Source: a virus (lineage: Duplodnaviria > Caudoviricetes). From it: a stretch of 59,473 bases of DNA. Numbering within the stretch: position 1 is the stretch's first letter; the number at the start of each line of letters is the position of its first letter. Positions 45,627-52,949 of this stretch are shown here, piece after piece. Below the pieces are notes generated by a model, which worked only from the letters and a program-made list of their open reading frames with translations, ran no database searches and was not told the origin of the DNA. Location: positions 1 to 59,473 of IMG/VR virus record IMGVR_UViG_3300044840_000012. One strand, written 5' to 3'. The position numbers and the translations under genes are program-made.

Positions 45627-46963
45627 GCGGGCACCCTCACGGTCTGGTCGTAGGTCTCGGAACGGTCGACGGCCTGGGCGGCCGCCATGTGCGCGACCAG
45701 CGCCGAATGCATCCGGTCGGACTGCCCCGCCTTGCGTTGCAGGCTGGCAAGCGCCTTGCGGCCACCCTCCCCGGTGATGAGGTCCACGATCACCGGGCGG
45801 GTCTGGCCGAACCGCCAGCATCGGCGGACCGGCTGGTAGAACTGCTCGTAGCTGTGCGACGGGAAGATCGTCATGTGGGCGCAGTGCTGCCAGTTCATGC
45901 CCCACCCGCCGATCAGCGGCTTGGTCACCAGGACGCGGATCTCTCCGCGACTGAACGCCAATAGGGCCTCCTCCTTCTTCTCGGGGCTGTCGCTGCCGGT
46001 CACCTGCACTGCCCCGTCGATCAGGTGCGTGAGCAGGTCGCCCTCCGCGTTCAGCTGGCACCACGCGACCGCCGACGGCGAGCGCTCGAGCAGCGCGGCC
46101 GCGGCCTCGCATCGCTCAGTCAGCGTCCGGCGAAGCTCCTCACGCTCCTCCCGCAAGCCGTTGGCGGGCACATCGAAGAGCCGATCGCCGGGCGCCTGAC
46201 GGGCAGCCACGACATGCTGGCGGTACTCAAGGGGGGGAAGCTCGAAGCCGTCGTCGCTGAAGCCGAGGTCCGACGGCTTGCGCATCGCTCGCGCCCACGA
46301 CGCCACCCACCGCCAGAACGCGTCCTGCGCATGCCCCTTGAAGCGCCACTCCGCCGACCAAGCCCTGACGGTGCGCTGATCCTTGACGAAGAACCGGCCG
46401 AGCATGTCCTGATAGCCGAGATAGCCGAGGGCCTCGCTCGAGGTCCCGAGCTCGATGTAGTCGTTCGGTGCCGCCGTCGCAGTGCAGAGCAGCCGGTAGG
46501 GCAGCTTCCGCAGAAAGTCAGTGACGAGCGCCCGGCGCTCCGAGTCGAATGCCTTGATCGCCGAGGACTCGTCGGCGACGACGCCCGCCACGTCGGCCGG
46601 GTCGAAGTGGTGCAGCCGGTCGTAGTTGGTGATCGTGACGCCGGCGGTAATCCGGCCGTCGCGGGACACCGCGGCGTCGATGCCGAACTTCTCGGCCTCG
46701 CCGAGCGTCTGCCACGTCACCGCCAGGGGAGCAACGATCAGCACCGGTCGCCCCGTCTTGCGCCGCACGTTCTCCGCCCAGACCAGCTGCTGCGGCGTCT
46801 TCCCCAGCCCGCAGTCCTCGAACAGAGCGGCGCGGCCCTTCCGTGTCGCCCACTCGACCATGCCGCGCTGGAACGGGAAGAGGAAGCCCGGCAGCCAGAG
46901 CGGCTCGAAGCCGTGGTCGCCGTCGACTTGGGCCTTCCGCTCGAGGAACGCGGCGTAGCTCAT
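45614..46963 (-). CDS. SNF2-like superfamily 2 helicase
   Basis: DCGLGKT, VADESS, TATAAPN, GMNWQ, RRCWRFGQ. Confidence 0.92.
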   Translation of the reverse strand: MSYAAFLERKAQVDGDHGFEPLWLPGFLFPFQRGMVEWATRKGRAALFEDCGLGKTPQQLVWAENVRRKTGRPVLIVAPLAVTWQTLGEAEKFGIDAAVSRDGRITAGVTITNYDRLHHFDPADVAGVVADESSAIKAFDSERRALVTDFLRKLPYRLLCTATAAPNDYIELGTSSEALGYLGYQDMLGRFFVKDQRTVRAWSAEWRFKGHAQDAFWRWVASWARAMRKPSDLGFSDDGFELPPLEYRQHVVAARQAPGDRLFDVPANGLREEREELRRTLTERCEAAAALLERSPSAVAWCQLNAEGDLLTHLIDGAVQVTGSDSPEKKEEALLAFSRGEIRVLVTKPLIGGWGMNWQHCAHMTIFPSHSYEQFYQPVRRCWRFGQTRPVIVDLITGEGGRKALASLQRKAGQSDRMHSALVAHMAAAQAVDRSETYDQTVRVPAWMS

Positions 46964-47009
46964 CTCGCCGCCTGTACGTCGGCGAAGTCAGAGGCTACGA
47001 ACGACGGTG

Positions 47010-47055
47010 ATCCGACGAGGGGAACCTTTCGTGGGTTCGATTCCCACCGTCTCCA
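47010..47055 (+). other. attP core: 3' portion of a tRNA-like gene (tRNA-Tyr-type or tmRNA)
   Basis: T-arm GTGGG-TTCGATT-CCCAC, acceptor strand CGTCTCC-A; upstream AGG-GGAA-CCT-TTC resembles a type II variable arm; no 5' half; about 470 bp downstream of the integrase. Confidence 0.8.
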
Positions 47056-47069
47056 TAAAACGCCCGGAT

Positions 47070-47522
47070 TCATTGGTCGGATTCGCCTTCTTCGGTAGGA
47101 ACATCGAACCGCACCGATTTAGTGCGCTTTGCCGTGCGCCACGCGGCGGAGCGCGCCCGCTTCTGCTCGCGCTCGCAGTCAACGCCGCATAGCCTGGTTC
47201 GTGGCGGCACGATCGGCCGCCCGCACTCTCGGCAGCAACCGCGGCAAGCGTCGAGCGCGAGAGCTTCTAGGTGGACCGCGCGCTGGATCTCTTCAGCGAG
47301 TCCCGGGGTATCGGGTCGGAACCACTCGCCCCGGAGATTCCCCTCAGTGAACCGCCGATGCAGAGCACGTTCGAGCGCCGGTGTTCCGGGGTGGGCTGCC
47401 AGAAGAACAAGGTCGACCGGGCTGCCGATCTGAAGCTCGTCGCGGCGGGCCTCGGGCTCTTGGGTGATGCCGATCTTGATCGGGCCACGCTCGCCAGCCT
47501 GGATGAAATAGACGTAGAGCAT
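47070..47522 (-). CDS. GIY-YIG (T5orf172/MUG113-like) nuclease
   Basis: YVYFIQAG..GPIKIG...LQIGSP...ERALHRRF...GEWF. Confidence 0.85.
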   Translation of the reverse strand: MLYVYFIQAGERGPIKIGITQEPEARRDELQIGSPVDLVLLAAHPGTPALERALHRRFTEGNLRGEWFRPDTPGLAEEIQRAVHLEALALDACRGCCRECGRPIVPPRTRLCGVDCEREQKRARSAAWRTAKRTKSVRFDVPTEEGESDQ

Positions 47523-48556
47523 CAGTCGTCCCCTCCCTGAGCAGCGATCCAGTCGGCGTACGACTCCATCGCGCCCTCAAGATCGCTGTCCGCCCAGTGG
47601 CCGTAGATCCCGAGCGTCGTGCTCAGATCGGCATGGCCGAGAGCGTGCGAGGCGGCGTCAATGCCGGCGACGCGGCGAAGCTCGAGCGCGAACGTGTGGC
47701 GCGCCTGATGCATGTTGAGGCCGCTCGTGACGCCCGGCCCGACGAGGCCGGCGGCCTGCGCCTGGCGATACCACCAGCGATGAACGGACTGCGGCGACGG
47801 CTGGGTCTTCGGGTACGCGTGGTGCGACCAGACGATCTGGCCCTCGCTGCCCTTGCCGTCCGCGAGCTTCTTGATCGGGTAGAGGAGGTAGTCGTCGGCC
47901 TCCGGCAGCCGGCCGAGATGGGGAAGGTCGGTGATGAGGAGGAGCCGGAGCTCGGCGAGGATCGGGCCGCGGAGCGGCATCGTCCGTTCCTTCTGGCCCT
48001 TGCCGAACACGCGGAGGCTGCCGCGTTGAGCGTCGAAGTCGCGGACCTGGATCGTCGCGAGCTCGGCGCGCCGCAGTCCAAGGACGAGGAGGCAGAACAG
48101 GCCGAGTCGGTCGCGCGGGTGCTTCGCGACGGTCAGGAGCCGCGGCCGGGCGTCCAACGGGAGCACACGGGCGACACGCCGCTCAGCTCGGGGCCGGCGG
48201 ATCCTCGAGGCGGGACTGATGGCGATGTGGCCCTGTTCCTCGCACCAGCCCCAGAACGAGCGGATGACGCTCGTGACCTTCTGGCGGGTGCGAGCGGTCT
48301 GGAGACTCCAGAGGTCTATGACGTCGCGGAGGTCTTCGACGGATACCTCGATGAGCTGCTTGTCGGCGAGGGTGAGGCTCATCCGGGCGAGGATCGCCTC
48401 GTAGTCGCGGACGGTCGCCGGCGTGGCGCCGTACTCGTTGCGCAGCCACCGGATGTACCGGGCGACCATCGTCCCGAGCGGGGTGGCCCGGTAGGACTGG
48501 TCTTTCATCAGGTCCCGGATCATCGGGGCGAGCTGGGCCGCGGTCAAGGCGCTCAT
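47522..48556 (-). CDS. int: Tyrosine recombinase / integrase
   Basis: LGLRRAEL (R), GKGQKER (K), HQARH (HxxR), LGH, IYGH (Y). Confidence 0.95.
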   Translation of the reverse strand: MSALTAAQLAPMIRDLMKDQSYRATPLGTMVARYIRWLRNEYGATPATVRDYEAILARMSLTLADKQLIEVSVEDLRDVIDLWSLQTARTRQKVTSVIRSFWGWCEEQGHIAISPASRIRRPRAERRVARVLPLDARPRLLTVAKHPRDRLGLFCLLVLGLRRAELATIQVRDFDAQRGSLRVFGKGQKERTMPLRGPILAELRLLLITDLPHLGRLPEADDYLLYPIKKLADGKGSEGQIVWSHHAYPKTQPSPQSVHRWWYRQAQAAGLVGPGVTSGLNMHQARHTFALELRRVAGIDAASHALGHADLSTTLGIYGHWADSDLEGAMESYADWIAAQGGDD

Positions 48557-48900
48557 GCCCAGTCCTCGAACTCTCGCCCGGCGAGCAGGACGAACTCGAC
48601 GAGCTCGGGCACGGGCCTGAACCATTCGCCGCGGATGCGGGCGTAGGCGTACTCGTCGTGGATCTGCTTCTCCTCGAGCGGCAGGATTCGCCACGCCGCG
48701 AGACCGCGGAGCTCGGCCGCGTTGCCGACCTGGAGCGTCGCCAGCCGGTCGGAGGGCTTTCTCGTGACCCCGAGCTTGATCGGGCCGTCTTCGCCGGCCT
48801 GGATCGCGTACATCCAGAGGAAGCTGTGGCGGCGAAGAGCCTCGCGCATGATCCGCGCGGCCTCCGCGAGAGTCAAGGCGTTGACCGGTTGGGCGCTCAT
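48553..48900 (-). CDS. GIY-YIG (T5orf172/MUG113-like) nuclease
   Basis: MYAIQAGEDGPIKLG...RLATLQVGN...EKQIH...RGEWF. Confidence 0.85.
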   Translation of the reverse strand: MSAQPVNALTLAEAARIMREALRRHSFLWMYAIQAGEDGPIKLGVTRKPSDRLATLQVGNAAELRGLAAWRILPLEEKQIHDEYAYARIRGEWFRPVPELVEFVLLAGREFEDWA

Positions 48901-49082
48901 GGCGAGCCACGCGACGAATCGTTGTGGCGCCCGGGCGTGGACGGCTTGAGGACCGGGTTGGCTTGGTTCGCGTGGCGGACGGTGACCGGCCGGCCGGGGA
49001 ACCGGGCGCGCATCAGCTTGATGACGGCAGCCTCGGCTAGCTTGATCTCGAGCGAGTTGAGCGGCTTCCAGTGAGCGCTCAT
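48897..49082 (-). CDS. Small hypothetical protein
   Basis: ATGA coupling on both sides. Confidence 0.5.
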   Translation of the reverse strand: MSAHWKPLNSLEIKLAEAAVIKLMRARFPGRPVTVRHANQANPVLKPSTPGRHNDSSRGSP

Positions 49083-50266
49083 GCTGTACTCGTCTTGTCG
49101 AGGGAGGACTCGTAAGCCATCACGCGGCGTCCGATCCACTCGGCGACAGGGACCGTGACCGCGTTGCCGCAGGCTGCGTAGCGGGGGCCGTCGGGCTTGG
49201 GATCGTCCACCCGTCGGGGAAGCCCTGAAGACGCTCGCATTCCGTCGGGGTAAGGCGGCGGACAGAGGACGCCGACCGAACCGTCTCGATCAAGGGTTGG
49301 GGCGTCGCCGTGGCGGTGGACTCCACGTCCGTTGGAGCCGCCGTGGCCGCTGACGCGGAGCGTGAGCGGGGTTCCCCGGCCGGTTCCGTCTTCACTGGCG
49401 TCGAAGCCCTCAGCTCTGAGGGTGTGGGCGATGAGATTCTCGTCGTCCTCCTGCCGTCGCCCGGGTGCGCTGACGCCAGGTCCGCTAGAGCCTCGGCTAA
49501 GGCTTGCGGCAACTCTCTGCCCCGCTTCTCGGCCCGCCGCAGGATCCCGGCCGCTGCTCTCGGGCTCAAGAAGAACCTGTCGGGCACCGTCTCCAGAAGC
49601 ACGTCGGGCAACGATGAAGACACGGCGCCGACGTTGGGGGACTCCGAAGTAACGGCTGTCCAGCACTCGCCAGGCGAGGTCGTGAAACCCGACGTCGCCC
49701 AGCGTCCGCAGAACGACTGCGAAATCTCGGCCACCGGCGGAACTGAGCAGGCCGGGGACATTCTCAAAGAGGAGCCATCCTCCAGGTCGAACAAGCTCGT
49801 CGGCAATGCGGGCGAACTCGAAGAACAGGACGGATCGGTCGTCGGCGAGTCCTCGTCGCTGGCCAGCGACGCTGAGTCCCTGACAGGGCGTGCCTCCACA
49901 GAGGAGATCAACACCGCAGGCGGCTTGATCGCCTCCACCGTTGGAGACTTGTCGCCGGTCGGGAGGCTCCGGCTCCGCGAGTCCGCGTGCCAGTTGAACG
50001 CGAGAACCGGAGTCCGCGCCTGCGAGTGGAACTCGTGACCATTCAACGTCGGGCAGACCGGCGTCTCCGTCCAGATGTCCGCCTCGTCCAAGGCCCCCCG
50101 ATGAGACTTCTCGAATGTCCGGGTAGCAGGGCACGCCGGGCCAGTGCTGGGCAAGGATCCCCCGGCAGAAGGCGTCGCGCTCGCACTGCCAGACGACTCG
50201 CATCCCGGCTCGCTCAAGGCCAAGGTCGATGCCGCCGATCCCCGTGCAGACCGAGCCGACATTCAC
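49079..50266 (-). CDS. C5 cytosine DNA methyltransferase, alpha chain (motifs I-VIII and X)
   Basis: CTGIGG, GGTPCQ, ENVPG, PQRRRRVF, RYAACGNAV; motif IX absent from this frame. Confidence 0.9.
   Translation of the reverse strand: MNVGSVCTGIGGIDLGLERAGMRVVWQCERDAFCRGILAQHWPGVPCYPDIREVSSGGLGRGGHLDGDAGLPDVEWSRVPLAGADSGSRVQLARGLAEPEPPDRRQVSNGGGDQAACGVDLLCGGTPCQGLSVAGQRRGLADDRSVLFFEFARIADELVRPGGWLLFENVPGLLSSAGGRDFAVVLRTLGDVGFHDLAWRVLDSRYFGVPQRRRRVFIVARRASGDGARQVLLEPESSGRDPAAGREAGQRVAASLSRGSSGPGVSAPGRRQEDDENLIAHTLRAEGFDASEDGTGRGTPLTLRVSGHGGSNGRGVHRHGDAPTLDRDGSVGVLCPPPYPDGMRASSGLPRRVDDPKPDGPRYAACGNAVTVPVAEWIGRRVMAYESSLDKTSTA
49120..50262 (-). CDS. Overlapping alternative-frame ORF: putative methyltransferase beta chain carrying motif IX
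   Basis: 380 open codons; VRRLTPTECERLQGFPDGWT (motif IX); FLSPRAAAGILRRAEKRG; ATG directly after upstream TGA. Confidence 0.75.
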   Translation of the reverse strand: MSARSARGSAASTLALSEPGCESSGSASATPSAGGSLPSTGPACPATRTFEKSHRGALDEADIWTETPVCPTLNGHEFHSQARTPVLAFNWHADSRSRSLPTGDKSPTVEAIKPPAVLISSVEARPVRDSASLASDEDSPTTDPSCSSSSPALPTSLFDLEDGSSLRMSPACSVPPVAEISQSFCGRWATSGFTTSPGECWTAVTSESPNVGAVSSSLPDVLLETVPDRFFLSPRAAAGILRRAEKRGRELPQALAEALADLASAHPGDGRRTTRISSPTPSELRASTPVKTEPAGEPRSRSASAATAAPTDVESTATATPQPLIETVRSASSVRRLTPTECERLQGFPDGWTIPSPTAPATQPAATRSRSLSPSGSDAA

Positions 50267-50760
50267 GCCGCCATCCTCGGGAACGCCACGCGAGAAGCGT
50301 CAGCCTTGACGTAGAGCGGATGCCACGGAGCCCCAGCCTTGGTCAACTTGAGGCAGGAAACCGGCGTAGGTGCGACGAGGGAGAGCACCCGGGCGACGCG
50401 GGGAGCCGAGGCCTGCTTGTCCGCTCCCCACGCGGCGACCACCTCATCGCTGTCCTCCGCCAGCCTGCGAATCCACTCGTCGTTCTCCGGGCCGACCGGA
50501 TCAGCCGCGCCACGAAGTTCCCTCGGATCGGTCGCCCGGTACGCGTAGAGGTTGACCACGTGGAGGCGAGCGAAGCCCCAGGCTCGCGCGAAGCCAACGC
50601 ATCGTCGGATCGTCGGATCGTCAACCGAGGCGTCAGCCGTTGACGGGTTGAGCATCACGAAGAGGACGGCGCCGCACCCGCCGAGCCAGTCGCCGCGCGT
50701 CAGGGCGTAGCGGTAGGTCCCGTCCTCCGAGATGACCGCACCGTCGGCTAGCGTCGTCAC
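50263..50760 (-). CDS. DUF1643-family protein
   Basis: YRYAL...FVMLNPSTAD...DDPTIRRC...VNLYAYRATDP...AAWG...PWHPLY. Confidence 0.9.
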   Translation of the reverse strand: MTTLADGAVISEDGTYRYALTRGDWLGGCGAVLFVMLNPSTADASVDDPTIRRCVGFARAWGFARLHVVNLYAYRATDPRELRGAADPVGPENDEWIRRLAEDSDEVVAAWGADKQASAPRVARVLSLVAPTPVSCLKLTKAGAPWHPLYVKADASRVAFPRMAA

Positions 50761-51197
50761 GCCGCCATCCTCGGGGTGAGCGAAGCCGACCAAACCCACA
50801 CATTCGCCCCCGTTGGTGAGCCGTACCGGACCGACGCATGAAGCTCGGTGACGTACCGGTCATCGGTCAGCAGACGGCCGTCCACCATCCCGTCGAGGCT
50901 TGCTCTGACGAGCTTGTCGATGTCTCCGGTGCAGGGAAACCCGTGCGTCGATTTGGCGGGCTCGGCGACGACGAACTCGACCCGGACGGCGTACGGCGGG
51001 CTTGCGCGGTGCCGTGCCGCTGCCCGCGCGCACTCCCAGGCGACGGTGCTCGTCCAGTCCTTCTCGAACTTCGAGGCGGGGCGGGAGTAGGGGCGGCCGT
51101 CCTTGCGGACCCCTCGGGTGCGGGAGCCCTTCGGGGCGGGGCGGCCCGAGATCCAGATCGGCTCGCTGTTCGGGCTCTCGCGGATGTCAGAGCGCAT
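50757..51197 (-). CDS. rusA: RusA-family Holliday junction resolvase
   Basis: GRPAPKGS...DIDKLVRASLDG...DDRYV. Confidence 0.9.
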   Translation of the reverse strand: MRSDIRESPNSEPIWISGRPAPKGSRTRGVRKDGRPYSRPASKFEKDWTSTVAWECARAAARHRASPPYAVRVEFVVAEPAKSTHGFPCTGDIDKLVRASLDGMVDGRLLTDDRYVTELHASVRYGSPTGANVWVWSASLTPRMAA

Positions 51198-51375
51198 CGA
51201 CGCCTCGCTTCGCGTAGTCCATGAAGAACGCCCAAGAGCGGCGGAACTCGGGCGCCGCTTCGCTGTAGGCGTCATGGGTCGCACAGACGACGCCAACGGG
51301 GGCGATCAATGCCATCCGTGCCCAGAGCGGCAGACGCCAGAGCGCTCGGTCGATCTTGCGGGCCAAGTCGATCAT
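51187..51375 (-). CDS. 62-aa protein, paralog 2 of a duplicated gene
   Basis: Near-identical to 41631..41819. Confidence 0.75.
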   Translation of the reverse strand: MIDLARKIDRALWRLPLWARMALIAPVGVVCATHDAYSEAAPEFRRSWAFFMDYAKRGVDAL

Positions 51376-51415
51376 CGGGTGCCGTTCTTGACTCGGCGGC
51401 AACGCCAGAAGTGGG

Positions 51416-51865
51416 TCACGCTGCCACTTCCCAACGAAAGCGGTCCTGCCGCTCGTCACGATCAACGCGCGGGCGAGAGGGGGTGTGCCAACTGCGCGCC
51501 TTGACCTCGCCAACGATTCGCCAGCCAGCCGCGATGAGGCTCGTGCCAGCCTCGTCCTGCCGGGTGTAGGTGATGACCTTCCGGTAGCCCATCGCTCGGC
51601 ACGCCCGCCAGCACGTCGCGTAAAGCATCGAGCAGGCGTTCGGCTCGCCGTCGGTACAGACCCGGAGGACTTCGAGGGTCCAGCCGTCTTGCAGGGCCTT
51701 AGAGATCGGCCGACCGGTGATCGCCACGCCGACGATCCGCTCGCCTACAGCTGCACCGACGCTGAACTTGTGGCCGACGGTTGGGACGCTGTGCCGATGA
51801 TGGCGCTCGACGTAGGCGTTCGCCTCGGTCAGAGTCAACGGCACGATGGCCAGTCGTTGGGTCAC
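51416..51865 (-). CDS. XF1762-family (Mom-like GNAT fold) protein
   Basis: HHRH...GVAITGRP...LEVLRVCTDG.PNACSMLY...MGYRKVITY...GTSLIAAGW. Confidence 0.85.
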   Translation of the reverse strand: MTQRLAIVPLTLTEANAYVERHHRHSVPTVGHKFSVGAAVGERIVGVAITGRPISKALQDGWTLEVLRVCTDGEPNACSMLYATCWRACRAMGYRKVITYTRQDEAGTSLIAAGWRIVGEVKARSWHTPSRPRVDRDERQDRFRWEVAA

Positions 51866-52203
51866 GCTGCCTCCGGCCTCTCGACACTCAACCCAACTCG
51901 TGGTGCGCGCGAAATCCCCGCCCTGAATCCGGGGGCTGGGCCTCGCCGGCGCGGCGCCACCTCAAGGCCACGCTCCCGCGCTCGCTGCACCCGTGAACAG
52001 ACCGCCTGCGGGTCCATATTCAGGCGCTCGCCGATCTCCCGAGCCGTCAAGTTCTGCGCCCTCAGCGCCAACACCGCGAGCGTCTTCGCGTGGTCCGGCG
52101 TGCGGCCCTTGCCCTTCTGGCGGACAGCGGGGGCTGGGCCGGGGCAGCACTCGTCACCGAGCGGGATCGTCAAGTAGTCGCGCTGACAGACCGGGCAGGC
52201 CAT
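51862..52203 (-). CDS. HTH DNA-binding protein
   Basis: LTAREIGERLNMDPQAVCSRVQRAR. Confidence 0.75.
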   Translation of the reverse strand: MACPVCQRDYLTIPLGDECCPGPAPAVRQKGKGRTPDHAKTLAVLALRAQNLTAREIGERLNMDPQAVCSRVQRARERGLEVAPRRRGPAPGFRAGISRAPRVGLSVERPEAA

Positions 52204-52949
52204 CACGAAACCCCCTCGAGATACCCGAGCCGAGCCGCGACCTCTGGGTACTCCTCGGCCGGCCAAACCTCGTCCGGCCGCAGCCCGGCATGCAACAGCA
52301 CCCGCTCGGCCGCATCGAAATCAGCGACCGCCGACTCCCCCGACCGCCACGCGAAGACCCGGCGCTGGGGAATCCCGATCAACTTGCAGACGTGCTCCTC
52401 GGATCCTCGGGCGGCAACCAGGCGGTCGATCAACGCAACGAGCGGGGCCGTCGGAACCCTCGCCTGCTGATCGTTCGCCATCAACGCGGTCGACTTGAGC
52501 TTCCTCCACGCCGGCGGGAGGCCAAGCCTCTCCTTGCGGAGGTGATACGCCATCCGCCCGTACTCAGCGAAGTACGCCGGCTCGGCCTCCCGCTTCTTCT
52601 TCCGCCACTTCGAGGCGATCTCGTACCGCCTCGCCCTCAGCCCCGGATCCGTCCGGTAGCACCGCTTGCAGTCGGGCTTGAACGTCGCCGGCTTGTCCGG
52701 TCTCGACGGAGTGTTCAAGTAGAACTCGGACTTCGAGGCGTCCTCGGTGACCAACTTCGCTTCGCCGCAGGTGCGGCAGCGCTTCAACGTCACCGGCTTT
52801 CCATCCCTGACTCCGACGAACGTCGGGCGTCGGCCGCAGGCCACGGCGAGCTCCCTGCGTCGGTCGTCGGCCTGCCGAATGCGCTCGGCCTCGCTCGGGG
52901 TGAACCCGAAGATCCGCTCCTCCACGGCTCCTCCTTGGTCGATGCTCAT
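52203..52949 (-). CDS. Zn-finger plus HTH protein
   Basis: KRCRTCGEAK...EFY...CKRC; C-terminal CKLIGIPQRRVFAW. Confidence 0.7.
   Translation of the reverse strand: MSIDQGGAVEERIFGFTPSEAERIRQADDRRRELAVACGRRPTFVGVRDGKPVTLKRCRTCGEAKLVTEDASKSEFYLNTPSRPDKPATFKPDCKRCYRTDPGLRARRYEIASKWRKKKREAEPAYFAEYGRMAYHLRKERLGLPPAWRKLKSTALMANDQQARVPTAPLVALIDRLVAARGSEEHVCKLIGIPQRRVFAWRSGESAVADFDAAERVLLHAGLRPDEVWPAEEYPEVAARLGYLEGVS

Noticed and set aside
46980-47060. Complete phage tRNA or tmRNA gene
   Set aside because: No matching 5' acceptor strand, D-arm or intact anticodon arm; only the 3' part is present, so it is treated as attP
47522-48910. 462-aa integrase as listed in the track
   Set aside because: The N-terminal extension is an Arg-rich off-frame reading of the GIY-YIG gene; ATG 48556 is the coupled start
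41631-51375. Duplicated gene as IS ends or DGR repeats
   Set aside because: No transposase or reverse transcriptase, no inverted ends, mismatches not A-biased; both copies are intact ORFs
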